Positions 1 to 9,903 of a stretch of DNA of 64,000 nt are shown here, in pieces; the stretch's first letter is position 1, and each line of letters begins with the position of its first letter. A program made the translations under genes and the position numbers. Where the stretch lies: positions 32,001-96,000 of IMG/VR virus record IMGVR_UViG_3300033075_001674; one strand, written 5' to 3'. Under the pieces are notes generated by a model. That model saw nothing but the letters and a program-made list of their open reading frames with translations. It was not told the origin of the DNA and did no database searches. The stretch comes from a virus. Lineage: Duplodnaviria; Caudoviricetes.

Positions 1-284
1 AAAAGAGGTGGCACGTCCCTCTTTCGACACGCAGAAGGGGCGGCCTCTCCCGGGGTGAAGAAGCGGCGTACCTCAAACCCTGGGGGCCCTGACATAAGAA
101 GGGGATGCTACCCGAGCTAACTTGTCACGCGGCACGAAGGCGTTGCTGGACGAGTTCCTAGCGCACCCCCCCGGAGCAGCACGCTGAGGTGCTGAAGGCC
201 CTCAGCGACAGAGTTCCTACGCCGATCCACCAGATCTTCCCCGCCCAGACCTGAAGAAGCGCGCGGAGCGCGGGATAAGGAGGT

Positions 285-1184
285 ATGAACGTACCTACAA
301 TCCCGCGTTCCCGTCTGAGGGGCGCTCTCGTGGAACCCCTCTACGCCTTCCTCCTCGCGAGCAGGAGGTTCACCCGGGGGGAGTCGCGCGTTGTCCTGGT
401 CTCCGACGATGACGCCTGGCTCCTCTGGCTCTCCTGGGCGGTTCAGGTGCACACCCCCAGGGCACTGCCCTGCTCAGCCATCCTCGTGGCAGATACGCCG
501 GGGGAGTACATGCACAACCCCGATCTATGGCCTACGCAGGGGGGCCTGGGGGTTCTGTCGCCCAAGGAGTTTCGGGAGGACCGCTGGCTGAACGACGAGC
601 TTGGCAAGGCTTGGGGGGTCATCCAGCTGTTCAAGCCCCGCCCTTTCCCCGAGGTTCCTCTGCACGAACACCTCGTGGGGTTCGAGGACGCCCGGCGCGG
701 CATTCGTCCCATACTCAAGGTCCTCACCCTCGCCCATGTCTCCTACGAAAACTTGCTGGGGGAACCTCTTCCCGAGGTCCTTGAGTGGGACACCCGCCTA
801 CAGCTGAAACCGGAGCACAAGGGTCTCGTGTTCCCAGGACTGCGGGGGGATGTGGCGTTGTTCGCAAACCTACTCGGCTCAAGCCTGATCGCCTCCGTGC
901 AGGGACCCTTTCGCTCCAGACACATGGACGTCCCCATCGTCTGTGCGTCCCGCCTCCCGGACGGGCAGGGTCGGGGCGTGACGATGGTGGGCGTGGCTCA
1001 CGTTGGCGGCGGACCCAACAAAACCGCAGGCAAGAGCGCCGGCCTCAAGTACGCGGCACTGCTGCCCAAGACCTACGACGACCTCCTCGCCTGGGCGTGG
1101 ACCCACGCACACCTCTCGATGGGGCAGATCGACCTGCTCCTCACCCCATTCCGCAACGACGACAAGGAGCAAACCGATGGGTGA
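285..1184 (+). CDS. hypothetical protein
   Basis: 299-aa ORF with strong SD (AAGGAGG) and GC-rich third positions; no recognised motif. Confidence 0.75.
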   Translation: MNVPTIPRSRLRGALVEPLYAFLLASRRFTRGESRVVLVSDDDAWLLWLSWAVQVHTPRALPCSAILVADTPGEYMHNPDLWPTQGGLGVLSPKEFREDRWLNDELGKAWGVIQLFKPRPFPEVPLHEHLVGFEDARRGIRPILKVLTLAHVSYENLLGEPLPEVLEWDTRLQLKPEHKGLVFPGLRGDVALFANLLGSSLIASVQGPFRSRHMDVPIVCASRLPDGQGRGVTMVGVAHVGGGPNKTAGKSAGLKYAALLPKTYDDLLAWAWTHAHLSMGQIDLLLTPFRNDDKEQTDG

Positions 1185-1932
1185 TAGTCCCCCGCTAGAC
1201 GAAGAGTCGTGGCATGCCTACGACTGCGACGACACGTTCCGGTACGCGCTCGTCTACCACCTTATGAGCCTGATAGGCTCCCAGAAGAAGAGATTCCTGG
1301 TGCAGGGGCCCGCGTATCTGTGCGCCTTGGCGGCGACGGCCCTCGCGCACGCAGGGGCGAAGGTATCTGCGCTCATCGACGCGGAGGACATTCCTCATGC
1401 AGAGTTCTACCAGGAGTCCCTGGAATCCCACATCTCCACCGGGCAGATGGAGGTACTGGTAGGCACCCTGCAGGAGGGGCTCCGCTCCCAGGCATACGAC
1501 GGGGTGATGATCCTGCGGCCCATTCAGGCGGCCGAGGTGACGGAGGTGAGTCATCTGCTGAAGGATGGATCGACTCTGTTTTATTGGGGGGTCATGGATC
1601 CCTTGGGGGAGGAGTTCGGGCTCCCGCCGAAGCGCCTCCTGAGCGACCGCGCTTTCTGGCTCACTCACCCTCCCCTGACGAGTGCGCTCCTGTCCGTCGT
1701 CATGCTGAAGCACGTACCCCGCGCGCCCCTACGTAAAAACCGTTTGCTGTACGAAGTTGAGCGGTTGCTCTTCTCCGGGGATGGGAGCTATTTCTACCCG
1801 TCCTGCCGGATACGCAAGAAAGGGTTCTCTTCTCTCGGAAAGTATCAGGCTACCGGAGCGGAGATCGAGATCCTGGACTCTACCGGCATGCGGGGTGACG
1901 TGCCGATCCTGGGGTCCATGCTTCCCCCTTGA
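1177..1932 (+). CDS. hypothetical protein, possible degenerate SAM-methyltransferase-like fold
   Basis: Start re-called at ATG 1177 (MGDSPP, AAGGAG upstream, overlaps previous stop). Segments ATALAHAGAKVSALID and QAYDGVMI resemble a class I MTase fold, but there is no GxGxG motif. Confidence 0.6.
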   Translation: MGDSPPLDEESWHAYDCDDTFRYALVYHLMSLIGSQKKRFLVQGPAYLCALAATALAHAGAKVSALIDAEDIPHAEFYQESLESHISTGQMEVLVGTLQEGLRSQAYDGVMILRPIQAAEVTEVSHLLKDGSTLFYWGVMDPLGEEFGLPPKRLLSDRAFWLTHPPLTSALLSVVMLKHVPRAPLRKNRLLYEVERLLFSGDGSYFYPSCRIRKKGFSSLGKYQATGAEIEILDSTGMRGDVPILGSMLPP

Positions 1933-1940
1933 GCGGGGTT

Positions 1941-1960
1941 GAAGCGGGGGGCGCTTCTTT
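1941..1960 (+). terminator. possible intrinsic terminator
   Basis: GAAGCG-N5-CGCTTC hairpin followed by TTT, just after the 1932 stop. Confidence 0.3.
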
Positions 1961-1989
1961 AGCTGCGCCAGGCCGAGTACAGTGGGGGG

Positions 1990-3015
1990 GTGCTCTCCCA
2001 CGAAACCCGAGAATCCCTGCACGAGAAGCTGAAGGGCAACCGCTGGACCGCGGGCGTCAACAGCGATGGCTACCCCAAGATGAAGGTCGAGGGTAAGTCG
2101 CGCCTCGCCTCCCACGTCCTGCTGGAGTCTCTGGGCAGGGAGGTCCCCGCCGGGAAGGTGGTGATGCACCGAGACAACAACCCACTGAACCTGGACCCCG
2201 CCAACCTGCGCGTGGGCACCCAGCAGCAGAACCTCAAGCAGATGCGCGATGAGGGCCGAGACAGGCCCCGAGGCGTCAAGCAGGAGCCTGACGTAAAGAA
2301 GGTCGCTCTGTTCAAGGACTTCTGGCGCAAGTGGGCCGCGGCAGGTGGAGGGGGAGGGCGTCCAGCAACCATATACCTCCCCCCGGAGCAAGTCGCAGGT
2401 GTCGTCCCCCACGTCAGCAACCTCCAGGAGTACAACCCCAACCTGCACCAGCAGCAGAACCCCGGGCATTTCATGGAGGGTCCCCGGTCTGCGGGTTTGA
2501 GGGGGCAGGGGATGGCGGACCTGCCTCCGGCGACCCTCCGAAAGCTCCAGGGGATCGCCACCCACTCCGGGATGTCCCTGGAGATGACCAACAACCTCCT
2601 GCGTGGAGCTGTCCCGCAAGGCACCTCCTACGACGCCTTCCTGGACAGCCACGGGAAAAGCATCGGGGCCCGCATGCCCGCCCCTCCCCCGGCTCCGGCC
2701 CCTCCCCCACTCCGCAAAGGCAACTGGCAGAGCCTGATCCAGCAGGCGAACGCGGCGGCGCCACCGGCTCCTGCGCAGGTAACCATAGACGTCCCGCGCC
2801 CCACGGCCCCCCTCCCCACCTCGGGGCAGCCCTCTGCCCCGGCGATGACCCCCCCGGGAGGCATGGCTGCCGTACCGCGCCCTCGTCCCCAGTTCCAACC
2901 CATCAACCCCTCGCCGATGACCGCGGGTCGAAGCGCGGGCTCCGCCCCCCTCCCTCTAGCGGGCCGCCCCTCTGCTCCTATGGGGGGTCTCCGTGGTCTT
3001 GTAGCCAAGCGCTGA
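1990..3015 (+). CDS. HNH-domain protein with Pro/Ala/Gly-rich C-terminal extension
   Basis: N-terminal HNH motif VVMHRDNNPLNLDPANLRVGTQQQN preceded by DGYPKM; the rest is low complexity. Confidence 0.7.
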   Translation: MLSHETRESLHEKLKGNRWTAGVNSDGYPKMKVEGKSRLASHVLLESLGREVPAGKVVMHRDNNPLNLDPANLRVGTQQQNLKQMRDEGRDRPRGVKQEPDVKKVALFKDFWRKWAAAGGGGGRPATIYLPPEQVAGVVPHVSNLQEYNPNLHQQQNPGHFMEGPRSAGLRGQGMADLPPATLRKLQGIATHSGMSLEMTNNLLRGAVPQGTSYDAFLDSHGKSIGARMPAPPPAPAPPPLRKGNWQSLIQQANAAAPPAPAQVTIDVPRPTAPLPTSGQPSAPAMTPPGGMAAVPRPRPQFQPINPSPMTAGRSAGSAPLPLAGRPSAPMGGLRGLVAKR

Positions 3016-3022
3016 GGTAGTC

Positions 3023-3769
3023 ATGCCCCTGACCAACCCGTTCGCCTCCCCTGATGAAGTAAGGGATACCTTTGACCAGGAGTTGGCAGAGGCCCGCCGC
3101 TCCGGGAAGCTGCCGGAGTTCTTCACCTATGCGCTGCGCAAGGAGATCGTCCTGCGCTCCGAGGCGGTGCAGCTGCTCGTGACGAAGCTCGCCGACTGGC
3201 TCGTCCAGGAAACGGAGCTGCGCAATAAAGTGGCCGCCATCGAGGGCAGGCAAGAGGGGGCTGTGGCGCGCCTCGGTAGCCTCGTCTCGGCCCTGGAGGA
3301 GGCAGCGCGGGATCGGGAGGAGCTGCGCAAGGGTATCGAGCAGGTGGCTGCTCTACTCGGCAACTCCCAGACCTCCATCGCTGACTGGCACCGTCGTCAC
3401 GCCTCAGAGCACCGGGATATCCTGATGGCCATCCGCACCCAGTCCCTCCTCTCCCAGAAGAGGAACTCTGAGCTCGCGGGCGCTGTATCCGAGCTCTCCG
3501 GTCTAGTCGGAGAGGCTCTCGGAAGGCTGCACACTCAGGCAGGTGCCTCGACCAGCCAGGCCATGAAGCTGGACAAGCTGGAGAAGGACCACGAGGAGGC
3601 GAAAGAGGAGGTCACCGGCGTCACCCACAAGGTCGCCGTCATCGAGAAGGACGTGGCGAAGGTCCAGTACGCTCTGGCCAAGAAGCTCGGCAAGATCGGC
3701 GGCTACGGCGGGGCCGGGTACATCGTCTTCCGCATCATCGAGCTGATCATCACCTTCCTGGCAAAGTGA
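3023..3769 (+). CDS. coiled-coil protein with C-terminal membrane anchor (possible holin-like)
   Basis: Heptad-rich body ending in GGYGGAGYIVFRIIELIITFLAK; SD GAGGT. Confidence 0.6.
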   Translation: MPLTNPFASPDEVRDTFDQELAEARRSGKLPEFFTYALRKEIVLRSEAVQLLVTKLADWLVQETELRNKVAAIEGRQEGAVARLGSLVSALEEAARDREELRKGIEQVAALLGNSQTSIADWHRRHASEHRDILMAIRTQSLLSQKRNSELAGAVSELSGLVGEALGRLHTQAGASTSQAMKLDKLEKDHEEAKEEVTGVTHKVAVIEKDVAKVQYALAKKLGKIGGYGGAGYIVFRIIELIITFLAK

Positions 3770-5220
3770 TGAAGCTGGCCGACCTCCGCACCGATCCGCT
3801 GCCGCACCAGGAGCGGGTGAAGGAGCGCCTGAAGGGCGACCACCCCGGTCTTGTGGCGGTGCATGGCCTGGGGTCCGGCAAGACCCTCACGGCAATCAAC
3901 GTCCAGGACAGCCTGCGAGCCCCGGCGACTGTGGTCGTGCCCGCGGCGCTGAAGGAGAACTACCGGAAGGAGCAGAGGAAGCACCTGATCGGGGACCCCC
4001 CGCCCACGGAGCTGCAGACGATCCAGGCAGCTGCCTCGCGTAGGGGGGCCACGCCCAACGAGCTGCTGGTGGTGGATGAGGCGCACAAGCTCCGGGACCC
4101 GAACTCGGCTTCGTACCGGGCGATCCGCGACACGAAGCGAGACAAGACGCTGCTCCTGACCGCCTCCCCTTTCTACAACCACCCGCACGACCTCTCACCG
4201 CTGATCAACCTCGCGGCTCAGCAGGACCTGCTCCCCCTCGACCGGAAGAAGTTCGAGGACAAGTACATCGTCCACGAAAGGGCCCGACCGACCTTCACCC
4301 AGATGCTCCGGGGGGTGACCCCCGGAGAGATCCCCCATCTCAACCCGGCAACCGCGGGGGAGCTGCGGAAGATCTACAAGGACTGGACGGACTACCACCC
4401 CTCCTCCCAGGAGGGCTTCCCCCGGGTACGCCGGGAGGACGTGGAGGTCCTGATGTCCCCCGCGCAGAGGGACGTCTACAACACGACGCTCGACAAGGCG
4501 CCCTCCTGGGTGGCGGCCAAGGTGCGAAGCGGCATGCCTCCCTCCAAGCAGGAGATGTCGAACATGGCCGCCTTTCTGAGCGGCCCCCGGCAGGTCGGGG
4601 TCAGCACCGCTGCCTTCTCTCAGGGGGAGGTCCAGTCCCCGAAGATCGACAAGGCATTCGAGCGCATGCAGGCGCTGCTGTCGGGGAACCCCCGCGCCAA
4701 AGGGATCGTCTACTCGAACTACCTGGAGAGCGGGCTCTCCCCCTACAAGCGGAAGCTGGAGGCGGCGAAGATCCCCTTCGGGGAGTTCACCGGGGAGCTG
4801 AGCCCAAAGGAGCGGGACCAGATGGTCCGTGACTACAACGCCGGGAAGCTGCGCGCGTTGCTGCTGTCCAGCGCCGGGGGGGAAGGTCTGGACCTCAAGG
4901 GTACCCGGCTGGTCCAGATGCTTGAACCGCACTGGAACCAGGAGAAGCTCAAGCAGGTGGAGGGGCGGGCGATCCGCTACAAGAGCCACGAGGGCTTGCC
5001 CCCGGAGGAGCAGGAGGTCCTGGTCGAGCAGTACCTGTCGCACCTGGAGCCGAAAACGCGGGAGGGCCTGGCCGCCCTCCTCTTCGGCAAAGAGAGGAAG
5101 AACCGCGCCATCGGCGCGGACGAGTACCTCCACAACATGAGCCGCTCGAAAGGTCGGCTCATAGACGAGTTCCGAGCCCTGCTCCCGCAGCCACCCTTGA
5201 CGGGGCAGGCGGCTTCGTTA
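3769..5220 (+). CDS. SNF2-like superfamily 2 helicase
   Basis: HGLGSGKT, DEAH, TAS, GGEGLDL and QVEGRAIR motifs; TGATG coupling with the upstream gene. Ends at TTA 5218-5220 if TTA is stop, otherwise at TGA 5226. Confidence 0.88.
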
Positions 5221-5311
5221 CGATGAGGCACATGCACTCGTAGCTGCACGCAGCCAGAGATCCTCCGGTGTTTTTATTTCGTAGCCATCCACCTCTACGA
5301 CGGAGACACCG

Positions 5312-5611
5312 ATGAAGACTCTTCCAGAACAGATTGAGGAACACGAGACGTCGCAGCACGTCTTGAGACAGCTGGCGTTGGTACACACCGGACCTGCCCG
5401 GCACGCCTACAACATGCAGCGCCTCGCCCGCAAGGCTTCGGGGCGCGTTCTCTACCTCGCCCTCGCCCTCCTGCGAGGAGTCCCGTACAACGCGCTGGAG
5501 CGGACCTGTGCTGTGCCGCCCTCGGCCTCCGAGATTGCTCAGCTCGCCGGAGTGGGGGAGGAGGTGGCCCTTGGCTGGCTGGAACAAGCTGCGTGTCGTG
5601 ACGCTGCGTGA
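5312..5611 (+). CDS. phage hypothetical protein
   Basis: SD GGAG; segment LALALLRGVPYNALE resembles small phage proteins I recall beside Pth2-like genes (recall, not searched). Confidence 0.65.
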   Translation: MKTLPEQIEEHETSQHVLRQLALVHTGPARHAYNMQRLARKASGRVLYLALALLRGVPYNALERTCAVPPSASEIAQLAGVGEEVALGWLEQAACRDAA

Positions 5612-5969
5612 AGGGTAGGTCGGGTTCCGGGGAGCGCAGGCCATCCACGGAGTCCTGGCCTTCGCCGCAGAACACCCGAAGGAGGAGCAGGCGTGGCGCC
5701 TCTCCTCGAACACCGTCGTCTGGCTAGAGGCGGATGCCGACGAGCTGCAGCAGCTGCTCGACAGTGCCCGAGCCGCCAAAGTGAAGGTGAGCACCTTCCA
5801 CGAACCAGACCTTGCGAACCGACTGACCGTCGTGGCACTCAGCCCCTGCACTCGCGCGTTGAAGCTGACGCGAGGGGTGCCCCTGGCCGGGGTAGTTCAA
5901 GTGGCAGAACACGGGATTCTAAATCCCGACGTGAGGGTTCGAGTCCCTCCCCTGGCTCCGATGAAGTAG
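5571..5969 (+). CDS. Pth2-like peptidyl-tRNA hydrolase with in-frame TAG at 5616-5618 (readthrough candidate or pseudogene)
   Basis: SD GGAGGAGGT then TTG at 5571. Translation MAGWNKLRVVTLREG*VGFRGAQAIHG...NTVVWLE...FHEPDLANRLTVVAL...GVPLA matches the Pth2-type pattern K-x-V-V-x-R...AQxxH...EPD...T. The ORF track only calls it from 5781. Confidence 0.7.
5886..5957 (+). tRNA. tRNA with CUA anticodon (amber suppressor type), Gly-like body
   Basis: Full cloverleaf: acceptor GCCGGGG/CCCTGGC, D arm GTTC/GAAC, anticodon stem CGGGA/TCCCG with loop TT-CTA-AA (5919-5921), 4-nt variable loop, T arm GAGGG-TTCGAGT-CCCTC, discriminator T. CCA is not encoded (CCG follows). Confidence 0.92.
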
Positions 5970-5979
5970 CCTGCAGGGC

Positions 5980-8900
5980 ATGGCCGCTCAGGATATTGTC
6001 GCGTTTCTGCAAGAGCGCGTTCGGGTGTTCGACCAGACCATCGACGTGGAGGCAGGCAGCGACTTCTACCAGAAGGTTTTGCGACCCCTCGCTGGACGGA
6101 TCGGACCCGACCCCTTCACCACCGACACGCGAGCCTTCCTGTTGGAGGTCCTGGGGCGCGAGTACCCTGAGCTGGCGAGCGGCTCGCTCGACGCGTTGGC
6201 AGACGCTCTCGTCCTGCCCATCGAGTCGTTCCTGTCCCCGGTCTCGGCGGAGATCACCCGGATCGGAAGGGGTCTCTCCCTGAAGAACCCGGATCAGCTC
6301 AGCGTCGAGGAGGCGGAAGCCCTGGGAGCCAACCTCCTGGAGGAGCGCTCGGCCGGAGACTTCGCCAAGGGGGTTGTCCGGGTCTACTACCGCAACCCGC
6401 AGGGGCGCACCTTCACCAAGGCCCACGTCTTCAGCACCGAGGACCGACTCACGTTCATCCCCACCGAGGACCAGAGCATCTCGGCGGAGGAGATGCTGGT
6501 GAACCTGGACCCCGTCTCGGGCCTCTACTACGTCACCGTCTCGCTCATCGCGACAGCCCCAGGGGATCAGTACAACATCGACCCCAACTCGATCCGGAGT
6601 GTCCAGGGGTCGCAGGGCCACGAGAAGGTCACCAACCCGTACCGCTTCGTAAACGGTGTGGCGGAACAGACCGCCGAGGAGTTCGTGGACTCCCTGCCAG
6701 ATCGCGCGGGGGCCAAGGGGATGACCCAGCCCACCGGGATCGTCCGGGAGCTCAGCGACGCCTTCCCCATCACACGCATCGCGGTGGTGGGCCACGGCGA
6801 CCCTGAGATGGAGCGGGACATCGCTGAAGGGGGCTCCCTCGGGGAGACCCTGCTCTCGGGGTTCTCGGCAGCTACGACGATGGACTCCGGGGGCCTCCCC
6901 ACGACCACGCTCGTCACGCTTTCCGACGCGGAGGAGGACCTCACCACCCTCGGGAACGGATTGGTGCTCACCATCTCCCACCCGGACATCGAGGGACGCA
7001 CAAAGGACCTTGAAGTCGCACAGGCGCTGAGCAGCACGTCCCTGGAGCTGGCGGAGAGCGTGCTCTACCCGGGGATCTCCGGGGCGTACTGGACTCTCCG
7101 CCGGCGGGAGCTCGTGGTGAGCAACTCCCCGCTCCTGTCCGAGAGGTTCGCCTCGGCCCCCAACAAGGTCCACCTGGGGGGAGCGGTGGACGTTTACCTC
7201 CGGGGAGGGGAGCCCGACAGCACCTCGATGGTGATCGACGTGCTCGACGACGAGCAACCGGTCCTGGAGGGGCTGGACCTGTCAGGGTCCGGCAGCGAGG
7301 TCTACCTGCAGGACCTGGTGCTCTCCACCGACTACGTTTCGGGAGACGCGACCTACCGCTCGGTGCAGAAGATCTGGCAGGAGCGTTGGGCGCTGGAGAT
7401 CCTGGACGGGCCTGCAGCCGGTGTGTATGAGATCCTCGACGTCACCGAGGTCAGCGGCTCCCCCCTGCAGCTCACGCTTTACAGCGAGCTGCCAGCATCT
7501 GCGTCGGGGGCTCGTTGGAGGATCCTCGACGATCTCAACGTCAACCTCCGGGCCCCCAAGAAGATCCGCTACCGCGGCGGGGACATGGAGACCGTGCAGG
7601 GTCTATCGCAGGTGGCCACCTTCGGCCTCACGTCCTTCCTCGACGTCGGAGTGGAGTCGGGGGACACGCTGGAGATCCTCTCGGGGAGAGACAAGGGAAC
7701 CTACCAGGTCACGGCGCTCGCGGGCCCCGGGAGCTCCCGGTTGATCATCAACCAGCCCTTGACCTCCACGGCCTCCAGCGTCCCGTACGTCGTCTACAAA
7801 GAGAACAGCGCCTCCCCGCTGGAGCTACCGATCCTGCGGCTGACGGAGGTCTCTGTGCTGGACAGCTCCGGGCAGGCTCTCGGGGTCACGGTTCCCTACG
7901 GTCCTTGCCTTGGGGCGATCAGCCGCGGGATCACGAACCCGGCTCACGGGATCAAGCTCAGCGTACCGGATGCTCTGCTCGGAATCGTGTCGCAGCGCCT
8001 ACCTTCGGGGGCGAACGTCAGCGGTCGCACGATCTCGATCTTCTTCGAGGAGCTGGGCACCTACTACGTCACGTTCAGCGGGGGGAACCCCGTGAGCGTC
8101 GCGAACATCGTGTCGCAGATCAACGCTGCGGTGGGACGTAACGTGGCCACCAAGGTGGGGGCAGACCGTTTCGGCGTCTTCCCCGTGGGAGGCAAAGAGG
8201 CGCGCATCGTGGGACCCACCTCCTTCCTTCTCAACCCCCTGGATACCCTCTTCGGGGGCAGGTACGCCCTGAGCACCAAGAGCATCCGCAGTGCTTTCTT
8301 CACCAGCACGACCTTCGACGAGCTCAACCCCGCGCTGTCCCTCGACTACGACGTCGTGCAGTTTCAGGATGGGGCACAGGTAGGTGTGCACGGCATCGCC
8401 TCGGTCACGCGTAGGCCTGCTACGGTCCCTGTCACCGCGCTGTTCGATCCAAACGGCCTCATCTCCTCGGTGGAGGGGGGGTTCTTCCCCGAGGCGGATG
8501 TCCGACTCGACCTGGGCTCTCGCTCCATCGGCACCGTGCGCTGCTTCTTCCTGGATCCGGTGAGCGTCGAGTTCGAGTCGACTGCTCGGCTGACCCACAC
8601 CCTCGAGTCCGGCGAGACCTTGCAGTACAAGCCGGACCCCCAGTTCGAGTCCGTGGTCCTGCCCGCTGCACCTGGTGGGTCCAAGCCTCACGACGGGAAC
8701 TGCCTCGGCGGGGACAACGTGTTCAACACCTCGCTGGATCTGCGCGCCAAGGAGGTGCGCAAGGGCGACAAGCTGCGCATCGACTACATCCCTATCTACA
8801 CCTCCGCTCTCGCCGACGTAATCGTGGGGCTGGCGGGCAAGACCCTGCTCCTTTCCTACGGGGGCGAGAGCGCTCAGACCTTGACCTTCGTTCGCGACAG

Positions 8901-9903
8901 CGCAGCGGTTCCATCTACGGACGTCTCCCGAGCCGGGGCCCTCCAGCAGCTGCAGCGTTTCCTCGGCACCGCTGTTACCCTCAACCCGGACACCCGCTTC
9001 AAGATCGATCCGGAATTCCTGCTCTCCCTCAGCAAGTCGGGAACCGCGAACTCCTACCTGGGGCTCTCCACCTCGCAAGACACGTCCAACCAGTCGGCCA
9101 ACGCCGGGACGTACACGATCGACGTGCCAGGAAACCTGGGCTGCACGCTGGTGGAGACGCTCTCCGAAGCCGAAGCCGAGACCCAGTTCTCGATCCTTCG
9201 GGTGGGCAGCCAGCGCCTCGGCAGGACGGAGATGAGCCGGCAAGAGGGGGAGGGCGGGCTCTACTTCATGGACCTGGAGGTTGTGTCCGAGGGCACGGGG
9301 GACGTCTACAACCTGAGCAATCAGGAGGCTTTCTCCGTCGACTCCCACCTGCACGATGGGTACGAGCTCTCCACCGTCGACTCTAGGTACGCCATGTCGA
9401 CCGAGGAGGAGCTGTGGCTGAAGCTGCCTCGCAGGGTCATCCCGCTGGGAAGCGACAACGACCCGGAGCAGGGGGTCTACCTCCTGAACCAACAGCTGCA
9501 GGTGACCGCTGAGGCCAGCAGCGTCGTTCGTGAGGTGCAGGATTACCTCCTCACGGACTTGCACCGGGATGTCTGCGCCTCTCCGCTCGCGATGGCACTC
9601 ACTCCCCACTACGTCTGCTTTTCGCTGGGATACGTCGGGGGACCTACCCCCGACGAGATGGAGAGCGCGTTGAATCGCATGATTCATGCGTTGTTCCCCG
9701 ACGAAGCGCTATCTGCGGACGCCCTTGTTACCCGGGTGTCTCAGCTGGGGGCCGAGACGATGACCTTGCCGCTACGCCTGTTCGCGGTGGTTTCCGACCG
9801 GGATCGAAAGCTCCGCCTCCTCTCCAGCCAGGACAGGCTCTCCATCGGCAGGCAGTCCGCCTTCTACCCTTACCGGATCGCCCTCAGTCGGACTCGGGGG
9901 TGA
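5980..9903 (+). CDS. baseplate J-like wedge protein
   Basis: 1307 aa; N-terminal pattern A.GVVRVY...IATAPGDQYNI...VTNP..F.NG...Q, followed by VVGHGDPEMERD and HLGGAVDVY, typical of large-myophage baseplate J proteins. Confidence 0.75.
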   Translation: MAAQDIVAFLQERVRVFDQTIDVEAGSDFYQKVLRPLAGRIGPDPFTTDTRAFLLEVLGREYPELASGSLDALADALVLPIESFLSPVSAEITRIGRGLSLKNPDQLSVEEAEALGANLLEERSAGDFAKGVVRVYYRNPQGRTFTKAHVFSTEDRLTFIPTEDQSISAEEMLVNLDPVSGLYYVTVSLIATAPGDQYNIDPNSIRSVQGSQGHEKVTNPYRFVNGVAEQTAEEFVDSLPDRAGAKGMTQPTGIVRELSDAFPITRIAVVGHGDPEMERDIAEGGSLGETLLSGFSAATTMDSGGLPTTTLVTLSDAEEDLTTLGNGLVLTISHPDIEGRTKDLEVAQALSSTSLELAESVLYPGISGAYWTLRRRELVVSNSPLLSERFASAPNKVHLGGAVDVYLRGGEPDSTSMVIDVLDDEQPVLEGLDLSGSGSEVYLQDLVLSTDYVSGDATYRSVQKIWQERWALEILDGPAAGVYEILDVTEVSGSPLQLTLYSELPASASGARWRILDDLNVNLRAPKKIRYRGGDMETVQGLSQVATFGLTSFLDVGVESGDTLEILSGRDKGTYQVTALAGPGSSRLIINQPLTSTASSVPYVVYKENSASPLELPILRLTEVSVLDSSGQALGVTVPYGPCLGAISRGITNPAHGIKLSVPDALLGIVSQRLPSGANVSGRTISIFFEELGTYYVTFSGGNPVSVANIVSQINAAVGRNVATKVGADRFGVFPVGGKEARIVGPTSFLLNPLDTLFGGRYALSTKSIRSAFFTSTTFDELNPALSLDYDVVQFQDGAQVGVHGIASVTRRPATVPVTALFDPNGLISSVEGGFFPEADVRLDLGSRSIGTVRCFFLDPVSVEFESTARLTHTLESGETLQYKPDPQFESVVLPAAPGGSKPHDGNCLGGDNVFNTSLDLRAKEVRKGDKLRIDYIPIYTSALADVIVGLAGKTLLLSYGGESAQTLTFVRDSAAVPSTDVSRAGALQQLQRFLGTAVTLNPDTRFKIDPEFLLSLSKSGTANSYLGLSTSQDTSNQSANAGTYTIDVPGNLGCTLVETLSEAEAETQFSILRVGSQRLGRTEMSRQEGEGGLYFMDLEVVSEGTGDVYNLSNQEAFSVDSHLHDGYELSTVDSRYAMSTEEELWLKLPRRVIPLGSDNDPEQGVYLLNQQLQVTAEASSVVREVQDYLLTDLHRDVCASPLAMALTPHYVCFSLGYVGGPTPDEMESALNRMIHALFPDEALSADALVTRVSQLGAETMTLPLRLFAVVSDRDRKLRLLSSQDRLSIGRQSAFYPYRIALSRTRG

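Noticed and set aside
5886-5957. tRNA-Pyl / pyrrolysine system
   Set aside because: Canonical 5-bp anticodon stem, normal D and T loops, and no pyl genes in the window.
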